The notes under the pieces were generated by a model, which was not told where the DNA came from, searched no databases, and was given only the letters and a program-made list of their open reading frames with translations. Positions 1 through 9,226 of a stretch of 64,000 nucleotides of DNA are shown here, piece after piece. A program made the translations under genes and the position numbers. This DNA is from Bacteroidales bacterium (GTDB lineage: Bacteria > Bacteroidota > Bacteroidia > Bacteroidales > VadinHA17). Every line of letters starts with the position of its first letter. The first letter of the stretch is position 1. The stretch lies in contig JBAQCQ010000093.1 in assembly GCA_049294275.1 (NCBI GenBank), forward strand, positions 975 to 64,974, written 5' to 3'.

Positions 1-330
1 CTGCCTTGATTTTCGGGAGTGACCAGGTGGCAGACAGCCGAATCACCCCTTATCTCCTTTGATTTCACCTTCAGGCCGGAGAAACCATCAGGCTATCCCT
101 GAATTGCGTGCGCTTCCTTATCGGGTTGGTACAGGGCGTCACCGCCCGGGAAACGTCTCGTCCCAACACCTTGTGCCGGGATTAAGCATAACTTACTTGG
201 TTCAGTTACGCAGCAAGAGCGTAGTTATTCTCGCCAGTTGTTGTTTTGAGACACAAGTTAAAGAGATGCGTCACCCTACTCTGCATGCTTACATACCACC
301 GCGGCTTGCTGTCAAAACCAGGTCAGCCCC
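1..330 (-). ncRNA. ssrA: tmRNA (SsrA), 5' ~330 nt; 3' T-arm/CCA end lies beyond the window start
   Basis: Minus-strand read from 330 starts GGGGCTGACCTGGTTTTGACAGC (canonical tmRNA 5' end). Internal tag frame at 206..235 (minus) is GGC GAG AAT AAC TAC GCT CTT GCT GCG TAA = GENNYALAA*, the Bacteroidota-type proteolysis tag. No T-arm is seen, so it is truncated by the window edge. Confidence 0.9.
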
Positions 331-350
331 AATTGATGTATTTCACAACG

Positions 351-383
351 CAAAAGTACTCATAATTGCGTTACTGTGACAAA
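351..383 (-). promoter_or_regulatory. Putative Bacteroidota-type promoter of ssrA (-33 TTTG, -7 TACTTTTG)
   Basis: On the minus strand, TTTG (383..380) lies 21 nt upstream of TACTTTTG (358..351), which matches TAnnTTTG and sits 20 nt upstream of the mature tmRNA 5' end. Confidence 0.45.
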
Positions 384-442
384 TATCTGCTCAAAAACCG
401 GGCCGAATTCTTATCTTCACGGCAGTACTCAAATAATCAGAC

Positions 443-1678
443 ATGGAAAAGAGAGTGAAGGTGGGATTAATCCGTGAGACGAAGATCCCGCCAGACAGGA
501 GGGTACCGCTGACCCCTGCACAGGTGGTCGAACTGAGGGAGAAATACCCGTTCGTCGACTTCTTCGTGCAGCCCTCAGATATAAGATGCTACACCGACGA
601 GGAATATAAATACCTGAAGATTCCACTGCACGAAGATCTCAGCAACTGTGACATCCTCATGGGAGTGAAGGAGGTAGACAAGAGGGTCTTTATTCCTGAC
701 AAAACATATATCTTTTTTGCGCACGTTGCCAAGAAACAGGAACACAACCGCGAAATGCTCCATGAAATTCTCGAGAGGAAAATACGCCTTATCGATTATG
801 AATATCTTACAACTGACAAGGGACAGCGGGTTGTAGCCTTCGGGCGCTGGGCAGGAATAGTCGGAGCATATAATGCTCTGAGAGCCAGGGGCATAAAAAC
901 CAACAGGTTCAAGCTGAAGCCGGCTTACCAGTGCCTCGATCTGGATGAGATGTGGGCTGGACTGAGGCTGATCCTGCTCAAACCCGGGCTGAAGATACTT
1001 GTCACCGGGGAGGGCCGCGTTGCATCAGGCGCCATGGAGACGCTCTCCAACTGCCACGGCCTGGAGAAAGTGTCACCGGAAGATTTCCTGACAAAGAAAT
1101 ACGAGGTTCCGGTTGTCTGCCAGATCGGGCCCCAGCATTATGTGAAACATGTCGACGGCCGGCCGTTCGATTTCAATAACTTCGTGCAGCACCCGGAGGA
1201 TTACGTCTCCGACTTCCTCAGATACACTAAGGTAACCGATGTGCTGATAGCAGCGCACTTCTGGGATCCCAGGTCACCTGTCTTCTTCACGAAGGAGGAT
1301 GTCGAGAGACAGGACTTTAAAATATCGGTCATTGGAGACATAAGCTGTGACATCGGAGGTCCGATACCGACAACCCTGAGGGCTACCACAATTGCCGATC
1401 CGTTTTACAGCTATAACCGCACCCGTCACTGTGAGGAGGATGCCTTTAGAAATCCCGACAACATCACAGTGATGTCAATAGATAACCTGCCCGGCGAGCT
1501 GCCGAGGGATGCCTCAAGCGACTTTGGCAGACAGCTGATTGAGCATGTTCTTCATGACCTGTTCCTCGAGAATAATTCTCCGATGATACAGCGTGCCACC
1601 ATCACCAGGGCAGGCAGGCTTGAACCGCAGTACCGCTATCTGGCAGAATGGGTCGATCCTGAGAGTAAAAGGTCATGA
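443..1678 (+). CDS. AlaDH/PNT-fold dehydrogenase, lysine-ketoglutarate reductase / saccharopine dehydrogenase (L-lysine-forming)-like
   Basis: 411 aa. GLIRETK..DRRVPLTP, ILMGVKE, YIFFAHVAKKQEHN, RLIDYEYL and VVAFGRWAGIVGAYNAL resemble the LKR-domain pattern. Confidence 0.65.
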   Translation: MEKRVKVGLIRETKIPPDRRVPLTPAQVVELREKYPFVDFFVQPSDIRCYTDEEYKYLKIPLHEDLSNCDILMGVKEVDKRVFIPDKTYIFFAHVAKKQEHNREMLHEILERKIRLIDYEYLTTDKGQRVVAFGRWAGIVGAYNALRARGIKTNRFKLKPAYQCLDLDEMWAGLRLILLKPGLKILVTGEGRVASGAMETLSNCHGLEKVSPEDFLTKKYEVPVVCQIGPQHYVKHVDGRPFDFNNFVQHPEDYVSDFLRYTKVTDVLIAAHFWDPRSPVFFTKEDVERQDFKISVIGDISCDIGGPIPTTLRATTIADPFYSYNRTRHCEEDAFRNPDNITVMSIDNLPGELPRDASSDFGRQLIEHVLHDLFLENNSPMIQRATITRAGRLEPQYRYLAEWVDPESKRS

Positions 1679-2850
1679 TGCGCATAGTGATCTGCGGGCC
1701 GGCGCATCCATATCGCGGCGGCATAGCAGCATATAACGAGAGGCTGGCTCAGCAGTTCCTCCAGGAAGGGGATGCGGCTGCCATTTACACCTTTAAACTG
1801 CAGTACCCCTCTTTTCTCTTTCCCGGAAAGTCCCAGTATGATGAGGGTTATGCCCCTGAAGGTGTGACAATTACACGTGCCATCAACTCCGTCAATCCCC
1901 TGAACTGGTTCACCATCGGGCTCCGGCTCCGGCGCACAAGACCTGACCTTCTGATATTCAGGTACTGGCTCCCTTTCCTGGCTCCGGCTCTCGGATTCAT
2001 TGCCCGGATTGTCAGGACCAACAGGCATACAAGGATAGTGACCATTTTTGACAACGTGGTTCCGCACGAAAAGCACTTCGGTGACAGGCTGCTGACACGT
2101 TTCTTCGTCAGAAGTATACGCGGAGCACTTGTGATGACGAAGGCAGTGGAGAACGACCTGAGACAGTTCACCTCGACCATGCCATGCGTTATCTCACCCC
2201 ATCCTCTCTTTGATAACTACAGCGAACAGGTCTCCAGGGCAGAGGCTATAGTGCACCTTAAACTTTGCCCCGTTGACAGATTCATCCTCTTTTTCGGATT
2301 CATCAGGCATTACAAGGGACTGGACCTGTTGTTGCAGGCGATGGCGCACCCTGAAATCAGAGACCTCGGTATCAAACTGATTGTTGCAGGGGAATTTTAC
2401 GAGGATGAGAAGCCCTATTTTGACCTGATCCACAGACTGGAAATAAGTGACCGGATCATCCTTCATTCGCACTTCATCAGTGACCAGGAGGTGAGATATT
2501 ATTTCTCGGTCGCATCCCTGGTGGTCCAACCTTACCGCAGCGCCACACAAAGTGGGGTGACCCAGGTGGCATACAACTTCAACAAGCCGATGGTAGTCAC
2601 TGATGTGGGAGGGCTTGCTGAAATAGTTCCGGACGGGAAATGCGGGTATGTGGTTGCTCCGGAGCCGGAAGCGATAGCGATAGCGATCAGTGATTTCTTC
2701 AGCGGTGACGAGGAACGGTTCAGACAGGGGATAGAAGAGCAGAAAAAGTTGTATTCATGGGACAAGCTGACCGAGGCTCTGCGAACATTGACTAGGCAGA
2801 CGGGCAGAGTCAGGGAACAGGCAATTGGCAGTAGAGTGGCAGGTGTTTGA
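1675..2850 (+). CDS. Glycosyltransferase family 4 (GT-B, group 1)
   Basis: 391 aa. The C-terminal half (LIVAGE..., VVQPYRSATQSGVTQVAYNFNKPMVVTDVGGLAEIV) is typical of the group-1 GT EX7E region. ATGA overlap with the upstream gene. Confidence 0.8.
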   Translation: MMRIVICGPAHPYRGGIAAYNERLAQQFLQEGDAAAIYTFKLQYPSFLFPGKSQYDEGYAPEGVTITRAINSVNPLNWFTIGLRLRRTRPDLLIFRYWLPFLAPALGFIARIVRTNRHTRIVTIFDNVVPHEKHFGDRLLTRFFVRSIRGALVMTKAVENDLRQFTSTMPCVISPHPLFDNYSEQVSRAEAIVHLKLCPVDRFILFFGFIRHYKGLDLLLQAMAHPEIRDLGIKLIVAGEFYEDEKPYFDLIHRLEISDRIILHSHFISDQEVRYYFSVASLVVQPYRSATQSGVTQVAYNFNKPMVVTDVGGLAEIVPDGKCGYVVAPEPEAIAIAISDFFSGDEERFRQGIEEQKKLYSWDKLTEALRTLTRQTGRVREQAIGSRVAGV

Positions 2851-2908
2851 AAATGATCCGGTGGGCCATTTTAGCAAAGCAGCCAGCTTGCAGATGAGTC
2901 AGTAGCTT

Positions 2909-2960
2909 GTCCCCAACCGGCAGTCCCCAACCGGCAGTCCCCAACCGGCAGTCACCAGCC
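2909..2960 (+). repeat. 14-bp tandem repeat (GTCCCCAACCGGCA) x3.7; unit junction gives CGGCAGT
   Basis: Three exact copies at 2909-2922, 2923-2936 and 2937-2950, plus a partial GTCACCAGCC. Lies 58 nt downstream of the GT4 stop. Confidence 0.95.
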
Positions 2961-3000
2961 ACAATTAAGAATTAGGAATTGATAGTCAGCTTCTTAGAGA

Positions 3001-3030
3001 GGACTGTGGACTGAAGACTGAGATCAGTCC
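3001..3030 (-). repeat. Heptad repeat (YYNCAGT) x3-4 on the minus strand, starting at the stop codon of the GT2 gene
   Basis: Plus strand reads GGACTGT GGACTGA AGACTGA GATCAGTCC. Minus strand reads GGACTGA TCTCAGT CTTCAGT CCACAGT CC, and the TGA stop (3024-3026) lies inside the first unit. Confidence 0.8.
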
Positions 3031-3986
3031 TTTATGTTTAGCTTCTCCCTGATGAGATAACGGTTCCGGTCAGACGACCGGCGGTTGACAAGTTCGGCCA
3101 GGAAGCCGGTCAGGAAGAAGAAAGTACCAATAATCATCACTGCCAGTGCAATGTAAAAGAAAGGACTGTCTGTAACCAGTGGCGCCCTCAGATCCTGGTA
3201 AACATACACCAGCTTTCGTATACCGAGCCAGGCAGCCATTAGGAATCCGGTGATGAACATCAGTGTCCCGAAGGTGCCGAAGAAATACATCGGGCTCTTC
3301 CCGAAACGGGTGATGAAACTGATAGTAAGCATGTCAAGATAACCCTTCAGGAACCTGTCGAATCCGTACTTGGTCACGCCATACTTGCGCGGCTGGTGTT
3401 GCACCACCTTTTCGCCTATCTTTTTAAAGCCGGCCTCACGTGCAAGCATTGGAATGTACCTGTGCATCTCACCATACACCTCAATGTTCCTTACCACCTC
3501 ACCGTCATAGGCCTTCAGCCCGCAGTTGAAATCGTGCAGCCTGATGCCCGAAAATTTTCTCGCCGTGTAGTTGTAAAGCTTCGAAGTGGTCCTTTTAATG
3601 AACGGATCATATCTCCTCTTCTTCCATCCGGAGACAATATGATAACCTTCCCCCCGAACCATTTTGACCAGTTCGGGTATCTCATCAGGACTGTCCTGCA
3701 GGTCAGCATCCATAGTGATGACAACATCTCCGGAAGAGGCTTCAAAACCTGTCTGGAGGGCAGCGGCTTTGCCATAATTGCGGCGAAACCTGACTGCCCT
3801 TATCCTTGGGTTTTTACCAGACAGTTGGCGGAGCACCTCCCAGGTATTGTCAGAACTGCCGTCGTCAATCACAATCAGTTCATAGTCAAGTGAAGAGGCG
3901 ACACACACCCTGTCAATCCATCCGGAGAGCTCAGGGAGGGAATCAGCTTCGTTATACGCGGGGACTACGACGGACAGATCCATCAC
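3024..3986 (-). CDS. Glycosyltransferase family 2, polyprenyl-phosphate glycosyltransferase (GtrB/DPM1-like)
   Basis: 320 aa. VVVPAYNE, DDGSSD, DADLQD (DXD) and two C-terminal TM helices. Confidence 0.85.
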   Translation of the reverse strand: MMDLSVVVPAYNEADSLPELSGWIDRVCVASSLDYELIVIDDGSSDNTWEVLRQLSGKNPRIRAVRFRRNYGKAAALQTGFEASSGDVVITMDADLQDSPDEIPELVKMVRGEGYHIVSGWKKRRYDPFIKRTTSKLYNYTARKFSGIRLHDFNCGLKAYDGEVVRNIEVYGEMHRYIPMLAREAGFKKIGEKVVQHQPRKYGVTKYGFDRFLKGYLDMLTISFITRFGKSPMYFFGTFGTLMFITGFLMAAWLGIRKLVYVYQDLRAPLVTDSPFFYIALAVMIIGTFFFLTGFLAELVNRRSSDRNRYLIREKLNIKD

Positions 3987-4528
3987 AGCTTTGGTTCTTC
4001 TTCCACCTCATCAAGGAGAGGATTGCCTTTTTTCATTATAAACAGGGATACAACCAGAGACAGGATAAAACCCCAGAATATGCTCATAATTGTTGCCATC
4101 AGTGTGGTGAACCATGGTTTCATCATCTTGGCCTGCATCTCCATTCCCTTTTCGACAGCTTCCTCAGGTATGCCCTGTGCAATCATCTTCTCCTCGGCTA
4201 CTGCCAAAGATTTGTCGATAAGTCCCGGATCGATGAAGGCATAAAGCACATAAACGAATATTGCGGAAATCAGTGCTGCGTAAACGTTTATGACAACACC
4301 GGCGCCCACTGATTTTCCAAATGAGATATAACCGTTGTTGTAGTGATCACGGTATGAACGGAGCAGAAAGAAGAGGACAAGTACGGTGATCAGCAAGCTT
4401 GGCCAAATGATCCAGCTCTTGAATGTGAGATCAAACATGTAGGTCAGCAGCGAGAAGCCTACAGTAATAAGGCCGAGAATAATACCATAATTCAGAGTCT
4501 CTTTCCAGATTGATCTTTTTTGTTCCAT
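3983..4528 (-). CDS. DUF4199-like multi-pass membrane protein
   Basis: 181 aa with about four hydrophobic helices. Overlaps the downstream GT2 gene by 4 bp; this pairing is familiar from Bacteroidota. Confidence 0.6.
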   Translation of the reverse strand: MEQKRSIWKETLNYGIILGLITVGFSLLTYMFDLTFKSWIIWPSLLITVLVLFFLLRSYRDHYNNGYISFGKSVGAGVVINVYAALISAIFVYVLYAFIDPGLIDKSLAVAEEKMIAQGIPEEAVEKGMEMQAKMMKPWFTTLMATIMSIFWGFILSLVVSLFIMKKGNPLLDEVEEEPKL

Positions 4529-4606
4529 CTCAGGCAGTTTTTGGTTTTGAAAACAAATATAATCTATTTGCTTAAATCAATGCTGCCGGTAAATTAAGAT
4601 CCGGTG

Positions 4607-4638
4607 TTTGGTTCAAGGCTTAAAAGTTTGTACTTTTG
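4607..4638 (+). promoter_or_regulatory. Putative promoter of SRP RNA (-33 TTTG, -7 TACTTTTG)
   Basis: TTTG at 4607-4610 and TACTTTTG at 4631-4638 (TAnnTTTG), with a 20-nt spacer. The RNA starts about 4 nt downstream. Confidence 0.5.
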
Positions 4639-4641
4639 TGC

Positions 4642-4739
4642 GGGGTAAGTCTCATACGACCAGCTCCCTTTGAATTCCCCCAGGGTCGGAAGGCAGCAAG
4701 GGTAGAAGGTTGTAGCGGTGCGATGTGAGTAGCTTACCC
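4642..4739 (+). ncRNA. ffs: Signal recognition particle RNA (small, 4.5S-type)
   Basis: 5' GGGGTAAGTCTCAT pairs with 3' GTGAGTAGCTTACCC. The apical conserved motif is CCAGGGTCGGAAGGCAGCAAGGGTAGA (compare E. coli CAGGUCCGGAAGGAAGCAGCCAAGGCAG). A T-run follows at 4740-4747. Confidence 0.85.
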
Positions 4740-4795
4740 TTTTTTTATGCCCGCTCGCGGGAAGTTTATATATTTGCCGGCAGTTTGACGCAACG

Positions 4796-5410
4796 ATGAT
4801 ACTTAAGATCTATCCCGAGAATCCGAACGCCGATCATGTACGCAAGGTCACCTTCGTGCTTGAGCAGGGAGGTATCATCATATACCCCACTGACACCATC
4901 TATGCCATGGGATGCGATATAAAAGCGTCGAAGACAATAGAGAAGATCGCCCGTTTCAAGGGCCTCAATCCGGGCAATCCCGATATGTCGATGATCTTTG
5001 AATCAATGAGCCAGCTCTCGGAATACACCGTCATCCATGACAATAACCTCTTCAGACTTCTGAAACGCAATCTGCCGGGGGCATTCACGTTCATCGTCCC
5101 GGCGAACAACCAGATCCCGGCCATGTTCAGGCATCGCAAGAAGACGCTCGGGATACGCATACCCGATAACAGCATCACGCAGGCCATCGTCCGGGACCTT
5201 GGCAGGCCACTGGTAACCACATCGATACACGATAATGACGAGATCGTTGAATATATCACCGACCCGGAGCTAATTCATGAGAAGTACTATGATTTTGCCG
5301 ACCTTGTTGTTGACGGTGGCTTCGGGAGCAACGAACCGTCTACGGTTGTAGACTGCACCGGACCGGAGCCAGTCATACTGAGGCAGGGAAAGGGTGTGCT
5401 GGAGCTTTGA
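4796..5410 (+). CDS. tsaC: L-threonylcarbamoyladenylate synthase (TsaC/YrdC family)
   Basis: 204 aa. YPTDTIYAMGCD, LGIRIPD, TTSIH and PSTVVDC are YrdC-domain motifs. Confidence 0.85.
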   Translation: MILKIYPENPNADHVRKVTFVLEQGGIIIYPTDTIYAMGCDIKASKTIEKIARFKGLNPGNPDMSMIFESMSQLSEYTVIHDNNLFRLLKRNLPGAFTFIVPANNQIPAMFRHRKKTLGIRIPDNSITQAIVRDLGRPLVTTSIHDNDEIVEYITDPELIHEKYYDFADLVVDGGFGSNEPSTVVDCTGPEPVILRQGKGVLEL

Positions 5411-5411
5411 G

Positions 5412-5467
5412 CAGTCGGCAGTCCTCAGTCGGCAGTCCTCAGTCGGCAGTCCTCAGTCGGTAGTCCT
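5412..5467 (+). repeat. 14-bp tandem repeat (CAGTCGGCAGTCCT) x4, i.e. two alternating heptads CGGCAGT/CCTCAGT
   Basis: Copies at 5412, 5426, 5440 and 5454; the last has G>T. It fills the whole tsaC/trkA convergent spacer and overlaps the trkA stop by 2 nt. Confidence 0.95.
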
Positions 5468-6818
5468 ACCGTCGCTGTAAATTGAAGAACTTATTCAGCT
5501 TCTCGAATGCCGTTGGCAGGGCGAAGACAACGACCTTGTCGCCTGCCAGAATTAATGTGTCACCGGTTGCAATGTATGGCTTGTAGTTGCGGATGCCGCC
5601 GCCAACAATCGCATCTTTCGGGAAATCGATCAGCTTCAGCGGACCATCCGTGATACGCGCACCTTCCGGCACATTGTATTCAATCACTTCGGCCTCGGTG
5701 CCGGTCATCATCTTGACCTGCGTTACATGGGGATTCATGGTGTGGCGGAAGATACGACTGGCAGTCGCGATCTTCTTGTTTATGATGGTGTCTATCCCCG
5801 AGTTCTCCGCAAGGTTGATGTATTCCATGTTCTCAACCTCTGCAATAGTCTTCATCACACCTATCTTCTTTGCCAGGAGGCATGCGAGAATGTTGGTTTC
5901 GGAGTTACCCGTCACTGCAACGAACGCATCCATGTGCTGGAGCCCCTCCTCGGCCAGCAGCTCACCGTCCCTGCCGTCACCGTTGATCACAAGCGTCTCC
6001 TCAAGCTGCTCGGCCAGCACACGGCACTTCTCCAGGTTAATATCGATCAGCTTAACCTGGCATTCGTGCTGGAGGTTAAGGGCAATGTGCCTGCCAATAC
6101 GACTTCCTCCGAGGATCATTATGCTCTTGGCTTCAACGTTCCGCTTGCCTGAAAACTTCATCATGTCAGCTATCCCTTCGCGGGTCGAGATGACAAATGC
6201 CAGGTCACCCTCCTGGAACTCCTCCTTGCCCCTGGGAATGATAGTCCTGTCATGTCTCTTGATTGCCACTGCACGGTATTTGATCATTTCGAGGGTGTTG
6301 GTCACCTCCTCGAGGCTCCTGTTCACAACCGGGGCATTCTTCTCGAGCTTCTGCACATACAGTGACAGCAGGCCCCCGGCAAAATCCATGAACTCGGTGG
6401 TACCGGTCTCCTTCAGCAGGCTAATCACCTCTTTTGCGGCAATGAGCTCGGGGTAGATCAGGTGATCGACTCCCATCTCCCTGAAGAACTCCTTGTTGGC
6501 GCGTTCGAGATACTCCATGTTGTCAATACGAGCTATCACCTTGCTTGCTCCAAGCTTCTTTGCCAGGATGGCTGCGGTAATGTTCGTATCCTCATAGTGA
6601 GCTACTGCAATAAACAGGTCAGTGTGCTTCTTGATGGCCTCGCGGAGGAGGTTGATTGATGTTGCAGACCCCTCGTATGTGAGGACATCAATGGCTGCAT
6701 CAACTGGTTTGAGACGCTCCGATTCAGAGTCTATAAGTATGATCTCATGTTCGCCCTGCGAAAGCATCTTGGCAAGATGGGTACCCACCTCACCTGCACC
6801 GGCAATTACTATTCTCAT
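5466..6818 (-). CDS. trkA: Trk potassium uptake system NAD-binding protein TrkA
   Basis: 450 aa. Duplicated Rossmann (IAGAGEVG; ILGGSRIG) plus RCK_C architecture. Confidence 0.85.
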   Translation of the reverse strand: MRIVIAGAGEVGTHLAKMLSQGEHEIILIDSESERLKPVDAAIDVLTYEGSATSINLLREAIKKHTDLFIAVAHYEDTNITAAILAKKLGASKVIARIDNMEYLERANKEFFREMGVDHLIYPELIAAKEVISLLKETGTTEFMDFAGGLLSLYVQKLEKNAPVVNRSLEEVTNTLEMIKYRAVAIKRHDRTIIPRGKEEFQEGDLAFVISTREGIADMMKFSGKRNVEAKSIMILGGSRIGRHIALNLQHECQVKLIDINLEKCRVLAEQLEETLVINGDGRDGELLAEEGLQHMDAFVAVTGNSETNILACLLAKKIGVMKTIAEVENMEYINLAENSGIDTIINKKIATASRIFRHTMNPHVTQVKMMTGTEAEVIEYNVPEGARITDGPLKLIDFPKDAIVGGGIRNYKPYIATGDTLILAGDKVVVFALPTAFEKLNKFFNLQRR

Positions 6819-6862
6819 TTCCGCTTTGATAAAAAACAGGGCAAAGTTAATTAAAAGAAATG

Positions 6863-8599
6863 TTACCCGGGGCCGGTTACCACAATCTTTAATCCGCGTG
6901 TGCAGGCGTGCTTCTCCACCTCTGCAGGGACGTTGCCTTCAGCAGAAGGCAACAGCAGAAGCCTGCCATGCTGCCTTACCCTGAGCTCCTCACCCCTGAT
7001 ATTGTAAACAATTACCCTCTCACGGTGGTTCTCCCGTGCTGTCTTGGCCGTGTTGCATACGACAAGCAGCACCATCACCCCCAGGAAAGGTCTGAGAGTA
7101 ATCTTCTTTACTCTTAACACCGATGTCAGGAAGAGGGCTGAGGCTAACGTCAGCAGCACCGTCTCGGCAGCTGACAATCCAATCCTTGTTATGACCCCGT
7201 GATCCATCGAGCTGATCATACCTGTGAAGGTCATCGTGAACCTTGCAAGATGGTCAAGAATGATGGCAACGAATGCAGAGAGAGGAGGGAAGGGGGATGT
7301 CACTGTCAGAAGCATTGCGAGCATGAGTACAACGAATGAGACGGGGATGACAACGATGTTTGTAAGGAAGAACAGAAGTGGAAAGATGTTGAACAGCCTG
7401 ACGGTCAGGGCAAGCGTGCCCGCCTGTGCCACCAGCGAGACAGCCGTCATCTGCCAGAGCCAGTCGGCTGCCCGGTTTTTTAACCTGAGGATCCTGTAAA
7501 CGGGGTTGTAAAAGGCGATTATGAACGCCACGGCAAGATAGGAGAGCTGGAACCCCGCCTCGAAGAGCACAGCGGGACGCAGGGCAGTCAGGATGAATGC
7601 CGAGGCCAGCAGGTTGTTCATCGGCGCAGCCGGACGGTGGGTGAGAGAGCCCGCCTGAAGAAATGTGAACATTATGACGGCACGCAGCACCGAGGGCGAC
7701 ATGCCGGTGATGAAGGCAAATCCCCACAACGCAGGCACGGTTATCAGTACCCTGATTACCTTAAGCCTGCCGCGCAGAAAAAAGAGCAGGGAGGAGAGTG
7801 CGAGGCTGATCATCCCGACATGCAATCCCGAGACAGCCATTATGTGCATGGCTCCCGACCTCGAGAAGGAGGTGAGATGCTCCCTGTCGAGCAGCTCCTT
7901 TTCACCTATCGTCAGTGCCGTGACCAGACCCAGTTCCTCACCACTGAGACCTGCTTCCCTGAATGTATCTATCATCCGGCGGGCAATAATCAGTGACAGC
8001 TCCCTAACATTCCGGAGGCCATCGGGATTGTAATCAACAATGTCAACTGCACGAAAGAATGCCATCTGTCTTATTCCCTGGCCCTCAAGGTAGCGGCGGT
8101 AGTTGAACTCGCACGGGTTGCCGTTGTTTTCGACCTGCCTCGGCTTTAGCCGTAGTACAAGCCTGTCACCCGGCCTCCAGGGTTCAGGCAGAGTGTCTCC
8201 CATGAACCATAGAATGAGCGATCCGCCTGGGGCTGCCAGTGAGTCACCCTCCCGGGTCATGATGATTTTTGCCCTGAATGACCAGCTGGTGTTTTTCTTC
8301 TCAGGATAACCGGAGAGCCGTACCGTGACTGTTTGCCTTGTCTCATTCAGCAAAACGTGACGGTTTCGTTCTGCCGAGCGGAGCAGGAATCCCGCCGACA
8401 GAAGGAAGGCAATGACGGCTGTGCCGAAGAGGGTGTCAGCGAAGTAGCTTTTGCGAAACAGGCGCAGCGTCATCACAACCAGGGCCACGGTGCCGGCTAT
8501 CCAGGCAATGACGGTAAAGCGCGGCAAGACTTCCGCCACGATAATACCTGCGCATAACGGCGCATAAAGCCTCAGGAAAGGGATCTCCCTGAATTGCAC
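6863..8599 (-). CDS. comEC: ComEC/Rec2-family competence channel protein (no beta-lactamase domain evident)
   Basis: 578 aa, polytopic. GAMHIMAVSGLHVG competence-domain motif. Confidence 0.7.
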   Translation of the reverse strand: MQFREIPFLRLYAPLCAGIIVAEVLPRFTVIAWIAGTVALVVMTLRLFRKSYFADTLFGTAVIAFLLSAGFLLRSAERNRHVLLNETRQTVTVRLSGYPEKKNTSWSFRAKIIMTREGDSLAAPGGSLILWFMGDTLPEPWRPGDRLVLRLKPRQVENNGNPCEFNYRRYLEGQGIRQMAFFRAVDIVDYNPDGLRNVRELSLIIARRMIDTFREAGLSGEELGLVTALTIGEKELLDREHLTSFSRSGAMHIMAVSGLHVGMISLALSSLLFFLRGRLKVIRVLITVPALWGFAFITGMSPSVLRAVIMFTFLQAGSLTHRPAAPMNNLLASAFILTALRPAVLFEAGFQLSYLAVAFIIAFYNPVYRILRLKNRAADWLWQMTAVSLVAQAGTLALTVRLFNIFPLLFFLTNIVVIPVSFVVLMLAMLLTVTSPFPPLSAFVAIILDHLARFTMTFTGMISSMDHGVITRIGLSAAETVLLTLASALFLTSVLRVKKITLRPFLGVMVLLVVCNTAKTARENHRERVIVYNIRGEELRVRQHGRLLLLPSAEGNVPAEVEKHACTRGLKIVVTGPG

Positions 8600-8656
8600 G
8601 GGTCCACAGCTTTAGACCCGATAAAGTTAAATCAATAATGCAGTAAAGTCAACAGT

Positions 8657-9217
8657 TTATTTTCCGGAGGGGAGAACGGTCCGGTAGTCGGCGGTGAACT
8701 TGCCTTTGCTTATGTCGTTCAGCTTGCCCCTTATGAGCCTGCGGCGCAGCGGGCTGAGCCTGTCGGGAAACAGGATGCCGTCGAGATGATCATATTCATG
8801 CAGCACCACCCTGGCCTTGTATCCCTTGTACACCTCGTCGTGGAGGTTCCAGTCCCTGTCATAATACTGAATGCGCAGCTCCGACTCGCGGTCGACTTCC
8901 TCATGCAGACCCGGCAGACTCAGGCAACCTTCGTTCATCGGGATTTTTTCACCCTTCCTCTCAACCACCTTGGGATTGATGAAGGTTTTTTTAAAGTCCT
9001 TCATCTCAGGGTGATCCTCACCCAGCGGTTCGCCGTCGATAACGAATATCCGCCATGACTTGCCTACCTGGGGAGCGGCAAGGCCCAGTCCGTCTGATTT
9101 GTACATCGTCTCAAACATGTCGGCAATGAAGGTGTCAAGACCGGGGTGGTCTTTCTCAACCTCCTTTGCTATCTTCCTCAGCACCGGGTGGCCGTATACG
9201 TAAATAGGGTATATCAT
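8657..9217 (-). CDS. def: Peptide deformylase
   Basis: 186 aa. GLAAPQVG, EGCLS and HEYDHLDG motifs. Confidence 0.95.
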   Translation of the reverse strand: MIYPIYVYGHPVLRKIAKEVEKDHPGLDTFIADMFETMYKSDGLGLAAPQVGKSWRIFVIDGEPLGEDHPEMKDFKKTFINPKVVERKGEKIPMNEGCLSLPGLHEEVDRESELRIQYYDRDWNLHDEVYKGYKARVVLHEYDHLDGILFPDRLSPLRRRLIRGKLNDISKGKFTADYRTVLPSGK

Positions 9218-9226
9218 TCTGTCACT

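Noticed and set aside
59-379. 106-aa plus-strand ORF at the window start
   Set aside because: It lies entirely antisense to the tmRNA gene (1..330, minus), which has a canonical 5' end and a GENNYALAA tag. The ORF has no recognisable protein features.
5587-6456. 289-aa ORF antisense to trkA, and similar long antisense ORFs in rpoB (50930-52283), the tricorn-like gene (31503-32336), the nitroreductase gene (28658-29203) and GT2 (3396-3893)
   Set aside because: All are antisense to genes with strong motif support. Their products are compositionally biased (Ser/Pro/Arg-rich) with no motifs, consistent with stop-codon depletion opposite coding sequence.
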